NCBI RefSeq assembly: GCF_029504745.1
Contig: NZ_JAQFIQ010000022.1
Span: 8,342 to 40,341 of the forward strand
Direction of reading: 5' to 3'
Length of the DNA: 32,000 nt
Source of the DNA: Breznakia sp. PF5-3
GTDB taxonomy: Bacteria > Bacillota_I > Bacilli_A > Erysipelotrichales > Erysipelotrichaceae
Shown: one piece after another, positions 9,672 to 16,914 of the stretch
Layout: every line of letters starts with the position of its first letter
How positions within the stretch are numbered: the stretch's first letter is position 1
Position numbers and translations under genes: made by a program
The notes under the pieces: generated by a model
Databases searched by the model: none
Told to the model about the DNA's origin: nothing
What the model saw: only the letters and a program-made list of their open reading frames with translations

Positions 9672-11374
9672 TTTGTAAATTTCTCCATCTCTTTTTTCAA
9701 GATATTAGCTTTTTCATGAGCCTCTTCACCACTGCTACCTTTTATACAATAATAAAACTTACACTTTGGTTCCGTTCCACTTGGGCGAATAGCAATCCAA
9801 CTACCATCCTCTAAAAAATACTTTAAGACATCCGAAGTAGAAAAACCTTCTAATTTTGATTCCACCCCTTGTTCTCTTACAATACATTCTTTAAAGTCTT
9901 CAAAGCGCGTTACTCTATAAGTACCAATCTTTTCTAATTTAGCTGCACGTAGGTTTTTCAAGATTTCCTTAATCTTTGCTGCCCCTTCACTTCCTTCTAA
10001 TGTAAGTGAAACTTGGCTTTCTTCATAATAGCCATGCTTTTCATATAAATCATTCAATACATCATACAAGGTTTTTCCTTGTTGCTTATAATAAACAGTT
10101 GCCTCTGCTAGCATTAAACATGCTTGTACAGCATCTTTATCACGAACAAATGGTTTTATCAAACTACCATAGCTTTCTTCATAACCAAAAACATATTGTT
10201 TTTCATTTGTAACTTCATATTTTGCAATCTTTTCACCTATAAATTTAAATCCGGTAAGTGTTTTTTCACACTCAACACCATATGCATTAGCTACTTTTTC
10301 ACCAAGGTCTCCAGTAACGACTGTATTAAACATCACTGGATTTGGTGGCATTTTCCCTTGTTCTTTCAATTGATGCAAGATATAATCCAACAATAATGCT
10401 CCACTTTGATTTCCTGTAAGTAAGATGTAAGATCCATTTTGATCCACTACAACTCCCATTCGATCTGCATCTGGGTCACAAGACAACACAATATCCGCTT
10501 GATGTTTCTTCGCATATTCAATAGCCAAATCATAAGATGCACTCTCTTCTGGATTTGGTGTCTTCGTATTACTAAAGTTAGGATCCGGTGAACACTGTTC
10601 CACAACTGGGATACAATGATAACCTGTGCGTTTAAATACTTCTTGTACAGGAATATTAGCGGTTCCATGTTGCGGAGTAAAAACAATTTTCACATTGCTC
10701 TTATCTATATCTGGTTGTAACTGAATACCTAGTACTTCTTTATAATATGCTTCATCTACATCTTTACCAATCATTGTTATCAAAGCTTCTTGTTGTTCAT
10801 CAACAGTAAAGGAAATTGCTAACTCATCCTTTATTTCATTTACATAAGCAATTACCTTCTCTACCAATGAAGGGATTAACTGACATCCTTTTTCATCATA
10901 TAGTTTATATCCATTATATTCTTTAGGATTATGCGACGCTGTCACAACAATCCCACCAAAACAATTTAAATAACGAGTTGCAAATGATAGCTCAGGAGTA
11001 GGTCGAAGGGATTCAAATACATATGATCGAATTCCATAAGTAGCTAAAACCTTAGCACTAACCATTGCCAACTCATATGACATATGACGATTATCATATG
11101 CAATTGCTACACCTCTTTTTTTTGCTTCTTCACCATTATCTCTAATATACTTTGCAAACCCAACGTTTGCTTTAGCAATCGTATGCACATTAATACGATT
11201 TGTTCCTGGTCCCAATAATCCTCTCATCCCTGCCGTTCCAAATTCAATATTAGTGTAGAAACTGTCATGGATTTCCTCATCACTCATATTATCTAATTCT
11301 TTACGTAATTCCTCATCTAAGTTCGGACTTTCTATCCACCGTAAGTATTCTACATCTTTTTCTTTGCTATACAT
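9668..11374 (-). CDS. pgcA: Alpha-phosphoglucomutase / phosphomannomutase family (PgcA type)
   Basis: Catalytic Ser loop TASHNPKEYNGYK, metal loop DPDADR and sugar loop GYEESYG. I prefer the ATG at 11374 (GAAAGGAGTAATCAATATG), because the longer ORF start at 11416 would run through the ptsH terminator. Confidence 0.9.
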   Translation of the reverse strand: MYSKEKDVEYLRWIESPNLDEELRKELDNMSDEEIHDSFYTNIEFGTAGMRGLLGPGTNRINVHTIAKANVGFAKYIRDNGEEAKKRGVAIAYDNRHMSYELAMVSAKVLATYGIRSYVFESLRPTPELSFATRYLNCFGGIVVTASHNPKEYNGYKLYDEKGCQLIPSLVEKVIAYVNEIKDELAISFTVDEQQEALITMIGKDVDEAYYKEVLGIQLQPDIDKSNVKIVFTPQHGTANIPVQEVFKRTGYHCIPVVEQCSPDPNFSNTKTPNPEESASYDLAIEYAKKHQADIVLSCDPDADRMGVVVDQNGSYILLTGNQSGALLLDYILHQLKEQGKMPPNPVMFNTVVTGDLGEKVANAYGVECEKTLTGFKFIGEKIAKYEVTNEKQYVFGYEESYGSLIKPFVRDKDAVQACLMLAEATVYYKQQGKTLYDVLNDLYEKHGYYEESQVSLTLEGSEGAAKIKEILKNLRAAKLEKIGTYRVTRFEDFKECIVREQGVESKLEGFSTSDVLKYFLEDGSWIAIRPSGTEPKCKFYYCIKGSSGEEAHEKANILKKEMEKFTK

Positions 11375-11397
11375 ATTGATTACTCCTTTCCAATATA

Positions 11398-11425
11398 AAT
11401 AAAAAAAGACGGTCAAGCCATCTTT
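11398..11425 (-). terminator. Rho-independent terminator after ptsH
   Basis: Minus strand: AAAGATGG-cttga-CCGTCTTT followed by TTTTATTTAT, 7 nt after the ptsH stop. Confidence 0.75.
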
Positions 11426-11431
11426 CTTTTA

Positions 11432-11698
11432 TTACCCAATAATTTTTTGAGCGCGTAATACATCTTCGATAGCTGCTATAGCTGCATCTTCATCTTCCCC
11501 GTTACAAGAAATTGTAATTTCTGATTGTGTAGGAATTCCTAAAGACATAACACCCATAATTGATTTCATGTTAACTTCACGTCCACCATATGCAACATTT
11601 ACTTCACATTTAAACTTACCTGCTGCGTGTACCGCAACTGTTGCAGGACGAGCATGTAATCCAACTGGATCAATTACAGTCACTGTTATTTGTTTCAT
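11432..11698 (-). CDS. ptsH: Phosphocarrier protein HPr
   Basis: 88 aa with both the His15 site (GLHARPA) and the Ser46 site (KSIMGVMSLG). AGGAGG lies 8 nt upstream of the ATG. Confidence 0.95.
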   Translation of the reverse strand: MKQITVTVIDPVGLHARPATVAVHAAGKFKCEVNVAYGGREVNMKSIMGVMSLGIPTQSEITISCNGEDEDAAIAAIEDVLRAQKIIG

Positions 11699-11733
11699 TT
11701 CTGTTTCCTCCTAAGCTCATTTCTATCACTTCT

Positions 11734-11762
11734 ATTTTACAACATATCGAAAGCACTTACAA
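11734..11762 (-). promoter_or_regulatory. Putative sigma-A promoter of ptsH
   Basis: Minus strand: TTGTAA, 17 nt, TAAAAT, about 35 nt upstream of the ptsH ATG. Confidence 0.45.
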
Positions 11763-11794
11763 TCACTTTTTTTCAGAAACCTTGGATATGTTTT

Positions 11795-12196
11795 TCATTC
11801 ACTTTCAACCTCATATGCATAAGGCAGTAATTCACTCACTGATATTTTTTTATGTTCTCCATTAATTTCAAGGATAACCTCACCTTTTGGCATATAGGTA
11901 GACAACAATTGTCTACAGTTTCCACATGGTGATAGCACCCCTTCATCTTCTCCACCACGATATGCAACAATACATTCAAAATCACGTTCTCCTGCAGTAA
12001 TTGCATTACCAAGCGCAATCATCTCTGCACAAGCACCATGAAGTGAATACACATTTACACCAATGTACATATTTCCATTTCTACAACGAACTGCCGCTCC
12101 TACCGTATGATTATAATGAACACCATCATAATTCTTATAAATAACCGCTTTCGCAAGTGCAAGCAATTCTTCATCTTGCTTTGTTAGTGTTTCCAT
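11795..12196 (-). CDS. Cytidine-deaminase-fold zinc enzyme, blasticidin-S deaminase (Bsr/BSD)-like
   Basis: Zinc ligand motifs CAE (HGACAEMIA) and PCGNCRQ. Its length and layout (VGAAVR...; DFECIVAYR; ...ELLPYAY) parallel Bacillus Bsr as I remember it. The start is ambiguous between the ATG at 12196 (GAGGAGG 12 nt upstream) and the GTG at 12217. Confidence 0.7.
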   Translation of the reverse strand: METLTKQDEELLALAKAVIYKNYDGVHYNHTVGAAVRCRNGNMYIGVNVYSLHGACAEMIALGNAITAGERDFECIVAYRGGEDEGVLSPCGNCRQLLSTYMPKGEVILEINGEHKKISVSELLPYAYEVESE

Positions 12197-12200
12197 AACT

Positions 12201-12623
12201 TTATAAGTCCTCCTCACTAATTACTTCGATTCCGTGTTTCTTCAATAAAGAACTACATATCCCATCACCTTTAACTAACTTCCCTGAAAAAGTTCCATCG
12301 TATATCCAATTACTCCCACAACTAGGACTTCTACTTTTTAAAATCGCTTTCTTTATATTATTTTCCTGAGCAATTTTAAACACTATCTCTGCACCTTTTT
12401 GAAATGCTTCACTTACATCTTCGCCACTAACACTTATTACCTTACCCACTTTTATTTCACAAGGATTACGAGGCACCTGCAAACCACCTAACACCTCTGG
12501 GCACACAAGAATAACATCCTTATCTTTTACATATTCATCTACCTTGTCATTATGATAAGCACTTGCATTATAACGACATTCAATTCCTTGCAAACAGGAA
12601 CTCACTAATACTTTTTCTTTCAT
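12201..12623 (-). CDS. DUF523 family protein (TudS-type [4Fe-4S] thiouracil desulfidase family)
   Basis: 140 aa with the family signature blocks VSSCLQGIECRYN, CPEVLGGLQVPRNPCEI and SRSPSCGS (conserved Cys ligands). Confidence 0.8.
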   Translation of the reverse strand: MKEKVLVSSCLQGIECRYNASAYHNDKVDEYVKDKDVILVCPEVLGGLQVPRNPCEIKVGKVISVSGEDVSEAFQKGAEIVFKIAQENNIKKAILKSRSPSCGSNWIYDGTFSGKLVKGDGICSSLLKKHGIEVISEEDL

Positions 12624-12639
12624 TGTTCCTCCTAAAAAA

Positions 12640-13242
12640 TCACTTTCTTTTATATTGTTCTAGCTCTGCTTCCCATAAAGTATAGTCTCTTTCAAACAAT
12701 TCCTCACACATCTGCTGTTTCAGACAATTCCATTGCATTTTTTCTAATAATTTTTGTTGGACAAACTTTTTGCTTTTCTGCTTATATTCAGGCAGATGAT
12801 TTCGCTTTAAAATACGTTGTATCTCAGGTCTCCACATCATTGTAATCTGATGTTCTTTTTTCATCTTTGGATTCACTTGTGCAGGTCGCTTTTCCTCAAC
12901 ACAAATTGCTCCTTGATGCACGGATAATACTAAAATTCCCCATTCTTTTGGAATGTGCTTATCCACATGTAATGCATGTGATTTCCCAATTGCGATATAA
13001 TTATAATCACAGTATTTATTATAATTTTTAACTTGTGTCTTCAATCGTTCATAAGTATCTACATCACTTTTTATTTCAATCCCAAGAATTTTATCTTCAC
13101 AAACAACTATGAAGTCAGCTCTTGATTTACCAATGATCTTCTCTTCAAATACACGAATCTTTCCATACATACTTTCTAAATAATCAAATAATGGATCACG
13201 GATATCTTCATCATACAATCGAATTTTATCTTCTTCGTACAT
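12640..13242 (-). CDS. PD-(D/E)xK nuclease-fold protein, sce7726 / MmcB-like
   Basis: 200 aa. The N-terminal half carries a D-x12-ExK motif (SRAD43FIVVCEDKILGIE56IK58SDVD) followed by YNYIAIG and GILVL strands. The C-terminal ~80 aa is helical and K/Q/E-rich. The family assignment is from memory and needs an HMM check. Confidence 0.5.
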   Translation of the reverse strand: MYEEDKIRLYDEDIRDPLFDYLESMYGKIRVFEEKIIGKSRADFIVVCEDKILGIEIKSDVDTYERLKTQVKNYNKYCDYNYIAIGKSHALHVDKHIPKEWGILVLSVHQGAICVEEKRPAQVNPKMKKEHQITMMWRPEIQRILKRNHLPEYKQKSKKFVQQKLLEKMQWNCLKQQMCEELFERDYTLWEAELEQYKRK

Positions 13243-13259
13243 ATATACTTACTCCTATC

Positions 13260-13736
13260 TTATTTATGATATGTTTCATTATGGAGAATTTTAAAACTTC
13301 GATAAATTTGTTCTAATAAAATCAATCTTGTCATTTGATGTAAGAAGGTAAGATCAGATAATTTAAAACGAAAATCACTGCGTTTCATCAATGCTTCACT
13401 AACCCCTAAACTACCACCAATCACAAACGTTATATTACTTGTATGGTAGGTTTGAATCTGTTCAATCTTTGTTGCGAACGCTTCACTTGTCAGCTGTGTA
13501 CCATGAAGGTCCAACAAAATCATATAGTCGTTATCTTTCACTCGCTTTAATACTTCCATACCTTCTTTATCCTTAATGATTATTTCATCTTTTAAAGATG
13601 CATTTCCACCAATCGCTTCATCATTCACCTCAATTATCTCAAGTTTATGATAAGGCTGAATACGTTTTTTATATTCTTCGCACAAAGCCTTTAGGTTTTT
13701 ATCTTTTATTTTTCCAACACCAATAATTTTTATCAT
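13260..13736 (-). CDS. rlmH: 23S rRNA (pseudouridine1915-N3)-methyltransferase RlmH (SPOUT)
   Basis: 158 aa: MIKIIGVGKIKDK...FVIGGSLGVSEAL...LSDLTFLHQMTRLILLEQIYRSFKI, the canonical RlmH length and C-terminal knot motif. Confidence 0.92.
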   Translation of the reverse strand: MIKIIGVGKIKDKNLKALCEEYKKRIQPYHKLEIIEVNDEAIGGNASLKDEIIIKDKEGMEVLKRVKDNDYMILLDLHGTQLTSEAFATKIEQIQTYHTSNITFVIGGSLGVSEALMKRSDFRFKLSDLTFLHQMTRLILLEQIYRSFKILHNETYHK

Positions 13737-13770
13737 AGCTGTATTATATCAAAAATATGCAACAGATACA

Positions 13771-14538
13771 TTAAAGTTTCAATACGCTCTTCATAGCTAT
13801 TTCAATATACAAATCACTTAACGTCAATCCCTGATCTACATGAAGACCTCTTTGTTGCCATACTGTTTCATCTAAACAATCTGCAGCAAATAAAAATTGC
13901 CCAAAAGATACCTCCCGAAATTTAGATACCGCTAACAATGCGGAACATTCCATTTCGACACAAAGACATCCTTGTTTTATTCTCTTTTTCATCTTTTTTT
14001 GCGTTTCCCGATAAAATGCATCTGTTGTCCATGTACCTCCAGTACAATGTGGAACATTCATTTCATCCAAAATCGAACAAATTGTTTGATATGCATGATC
14101 ATCCATTTCCACGCGTTCAGATGCAGGTAAATAATGATAACTTGTTCCTTCATCGCGAATAGCATATTTAGGAACAATAACTTCTCCATCTTCAATTTGA
14201 TTACTTAAAACACCGCATGATCCAAAATACAGAAATTTTTCTGCACCTATTGCAATCATTTCTTCTAACATCGAAGCACTTAAAGCAGCTCCTATTCCAG
14301 ACATAAAAAAACCTATTTCAACCCCGTTATATTTCGTCTTATAAACAGGGTATCCGCCGTTTGCTGTTTCATTCACCCAAACGACTTCCACATCATCTCG
14401 GCTTGCTAACTTTTCAATAATTGATCTAGTGAAACAAGAAATAATATATTTTGGCATTTCCTCTACACTTTCTACAATTTCACTTGGATTAATAATTGCA
14501 TTTCTTTCTTTATCAAAATCAGTTATTAATGGTATCAT
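13771..14538 (-). CDS. PNP/UDP-family nucleoside phosphorylase (uridine phosphorylase-like)
   Basis: 255 aa with GIGAALSASMLEEMIAIGAEKFLYFGSCG, IRDEGTSYHY and VEMECSAL blocks typical of the PNP_UDP_1 fold. SD AAGGGGGA lies upstream of the ATG. Confidence 0.75.
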   Translation of the reverse strand: MIPLITDFDKERNAIINPSEIVESVEEMPKYIISCFTRSIIEKLASRDDVEVVWVNETANGGYPVYKTKYNGVEIGFFMSGIGAALSASMLEEMIAIGAEKFLYFGSCGVLSNQIEDGEVIVPKYAIRDEGTSYHYLPASERVEMDDHAYQTICSILDEMNVPHCTGGTWTTDAFYRETQKKMKKRIKQGCLCVEMECSALLAVSKFREVSFGQFLFAADCLDETVWQQRGLHVDQGLTLSDLYIEIAMKSVLKL

Positions 14539-14572
14539 CTTATATCCCCCTTAATTTTCTAAATATAAATTA

Positions 14573-14601
14573 ATTATTCCATTATAAAAATAGTTTGTCA
14601 A
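14573..14601 (-). promoter_or_regulatory. Putative promoter (P2) of the phosphorylase-rlmH operon
   Basis: Minus strand: TTGACA, 17 nt, AATAAT preceded by TGG. It lies downstream of the 14620-14657 terminator hairpin and about 35 nt upstream of the ATG. Confidence 0.4.
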
Positions 14602-14612
14602 AAACAGCAAAG

Positions 14613-14735
14613 CATATAAAAAAGCTTACACCCTATCTATTAGGAATGTAAGCTTTTATTTTCAAAATTTATTATGATTAAATTCAAAGTAAAACGAAGC
14701 AAGAAGATAGGAAAGGGATATTACTTCGTTTTACG
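14613..14735 (-). ncRNA. Candidate ~120-nt small RNA or attenuator leader: a 5' stem-loop with a C/U-rich loop, then an extended terminator hairpin
   Basis: Hairpin 1 is GTAAAACGAAG / CTTCGTTTTAC (14734-14689 on the minus strand) with the 24-nt loop UAAUAUCCCUUUCCUAUCUUCUUG. Hairpin 2 is AAAAGCTTACA...TGTAAGCTTTT (14657-14620), extendable through CCTA/TAGG, followed by TTTTTTATAT. The unit starts immediately downstream of a consensus-like promoter. Confidence 0.35.
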
Positions 14736-14740
14736 ATTAT

Positions 14741-14769
14741 ATAATATAAATATTTAATTACTTTGTCAA
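14741..14769 (-). promoter_or_regulatory. Putative sigma-A promoter (P1) firing into the two-hairpin element
   Basis: Minus strand: TTGACA (14769-14764), exactly 17 nt, TATTAT (14746-14741). It begins 11 nt after the walJ stop. Confidence 0.45.
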
Positions 14770-14779
14770 CTAAAATGGT

Positions 14780-15532
14780 TTATTTTGAATTATTTCCCCC
14801 ACGGACAATTTCAAACTGTGGTGCACTTATGATACGCAATCTTGATGTATCAATTTGTTTTGCTTGCAAAGTATCAAGTAAAACAGCTTTTGCTCGTTCT
14901 TTTGAATTTCCTTCTTCTGAAATATGAGCAAGTACAATTTCCTTTGTTTTTTTTCCAACTAACTCTGCCAATACATTTGCGCTATCTTCATTACAAAGAT
15001 GTCCAAAATCTCCAATAATTCTCTGCTTCACAAACATTGGTCGCTTTGTAGCCATCAACATTTCAATATCATGATTGCTTTCAAAAATATAATAATCAGC
15101 GTTCATTAAGTATGGCTTTATCGCTTCATTTATATACCCCGTATCAGTGATATACACTAATTTTTGATCACTGCTTTCAACTACATATCCACATGAGTCT
15201 TTTGCATCATGTGATGTAGGAATAACTTTAACTCGGAGCGTATCAAGGGTAATTTCATCATACGGCTCAACTTTATAAAATGAATCAATATCTAAATTTG
15301 CAAGTGCATATGTATCAATTCCTTCAAACATTTTTAACTGACTGATATGATCTGTATGGGTATGTGTAACAAACAATGCACTAATTGAATGATAATCAAA
15401 TTTAAGTCGTTCAAAACACGTAGAAAGATATTTTTTTGTACTACCACAATCAATAACAATGGAAGTTTCACAATTTTTAATCAAACAACAATTCCCTTTT
15501 GAACCACTTGCTAATAATGCAAATTTTATCAT
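14780..15532 (-). CDS. walJ: MBL-fold metallo-hydrolase, YycJ/WalJ orthologue
   Basis: 250 aa with blocks matching B. subtilis YycJ as remembered: LASGSKGN, THTHTDH, ITDTGY, FESNHD, GHLCNED, LAHIS. Its ATG overlaps the dnaB TGA (ATGA). Confidence 0.8.
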   Translation of the reverse strand: MIKFALLASGSKGNCCLIKNCETSIVIDCGSTKKYLSTCFERLKFDYHSISALFVTHTHTDHISQLKMFEGIDTYALANLDIDSFYKVEPYDEITLDTLRVKVIPTSHDAKDSCGYVVESSDQKLVYITDTGYINEAIKPYLMNADYYIFESNHDIEMLMATKRPMFVKQRIIGDFGHLCNEDSANVLAELVGKKTKEIVLAHISEEGNSKERAKAVLLDTLQAKQIDTSRLRIISAPQFEIVRGGNNSK

Positions 15533-16905
15533 TGTCCAAACCCCTCAAATGCAGGTTTAGCGAAATCATAAAAAGCATTTACTGATTTTTTAAAACTCAA
15601 TTCAAACGTTCCAGTAGCTCCATTACGATGTTTTTGTAGTGATACTTCAACTTGTACTTCATCTTCTTTTTCGCGTTCTTCAGTATTGGTATTATGATAA
15701 TCTTCGCGATATAAGAACATTACAATATCGGCATCCTGCTCAATTGCACCCGATTCACGCAAATCTGATAACATTGGTCGCTTATCACCTGCACGCTGTT
15801 CTACAGAACGTGATAATTGTGATAAGGCGATTACAGGAACACTCAATTCTCTAGCTAACATTTTAAGTGAACGGGAAATTTCTGATACCTCTTGTTGTCT
15901 ACTATCAGAACTTCTTCTTCCACTACCTTCAATCAATTGAAGGTAATCAATCACCACTAAATCCAAACCTTCTTCCGCTTTTAATTTTCTACATTTAGAA
16001 AAAATTTCGGCCATCTTGATAGATGAAGAATCATCAATATATAACTTACATCCTGTAAGTTTTGTAGCCGCTTCATACAGTTTGTTCATTTCATCATTGT
16101 TTAACTGTCCGTTACGCAATTTATTTCCTTCTACTTCACTTTGAGCACTCAACATACGCTTCATTAACTGTTCAGCAGGCATCTCAAGTGAGAAAATGGC
16201 AACTGCTCCATTACTTGTTTTCTTATTGTTCTTTGAAGCTCTAAGCCCAAGATTTAAAGCAAATGCTGTCTTCCCCACGGAAGGACGAGCAGCCAAGATA
16301 ATTAAATCACCACGTTGTAATCCATTAGTGATTTCATCTAAGCGACGAAATCCTGTCTTTACCCCAGTAATTCCATCTTTCGATTTCTGTAATTCACTAA
16401 TTTCATTCATTACATTACTCACAACCGTGCTACTATTTTGAAAATCGTTAACTCTACGATTTCGCGTAACATAAAGTATTTGCTTTTCGGCTTCATCTAA
16501 AAGAACATCCAACTCATTTGATGTATCAAAGCCTTCTTCCGCAATTCTCTCAGCCGTTTCAATCAATCTTCGTGCATCTGCCTTATTTTTCACAATCTCA
16601 ATATAGTAATTTACATTAGCGCTTGTAACAGCACTATCACTCAATAACAAAATATAGTCTGCCCCACCTACAAGTGCAAGTTCTTCACGATCTTGCAACT
16701 TTGAAATAATACTTGTAGGATCAATCGGTTTTCCTTCTTCCATTAAAGTTACCATCACATCAAAAATACGTTTATGAGCTTCTAAATAAAAATCATCTTT
16801 ACTTAAATCTTGATCATAAACGGTTTGCGAAACTTTGGGATATATCAATAAGGCACCCAAAATCGCTTGCTCTGCTTCATTATTGTGTGGTAATTCTCTA
16901 CTCAT
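15529..16905 (-). CDS. dnaB: Replicative DNA helicase (DnaB family; DnaC in Bacillus nomenclature)
   Basis: 458 aa with an N-terminal PHNNEAEQAILGALL, Walker A ARPSVGKTAFALN, Walker B VVIDYLQL and the SQLSR arginine-finger region. Confidence 0.97.
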   Translation of the reverse strand: MSRELPHNNEAEQAILGALLIYPKVSQTVYDQDLSKDDFYLEAHKRIFDVMVTLMEEGKPIDPTSIISKLQDREELALVGGADYILLLSDSAVTSANVNYYIEIVKNKADARRLIETAERIAEEGFDTSNELDVLLDEAEKQILYVTRNRRVNDFQNSSTVVSNVMNEISELQKSKDGITGVKTGFRRLDEITNGLQRGDLIILAARPSVGKTAFALNLGLRASKNNKKTSNGAVAIFSLEMPAEQLMKRMLSAQSEVEGNKLRNGQLNNDEMNKLYEAATKLTGCKLYIDDSSSIKMAEIFSKCRKLKAEEGLDLVVIDYLQLIEGSGRRSSDSRQQEVSEISRSLKMLARELSVPVIALSQLSRSVEQRAGDKRPMLSDLRESGAIEQDADIVMFLYREDYHNTNTEEREKEDEVQVEVSLQKHRNGATGTFELSFKKSVNAFYDFAKPAFEGFGQ

Positions 16906-16914
16906 AAAAACCTC

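Noticed and set aside
11748-11762. cre-like (CcpA) site TTGTAAGTGCTTTCG overlapping the ptsH -35
   Set aside because: It has two mismatches to the WTGNAANCGNWNNCW consensus, including the central CG. That is too weak to call without comparative support.
11763-11794. Terminator between the Bsr-like deaminase gene and the ptsH promoter
   Set aside because: Only 4-5-bp A/T-rich pairings can be drawn, with no convincing stem plus U-tract. Read-through from the nucleoside operon into ptsH therefore cannot be excluded, and no terminator is called.
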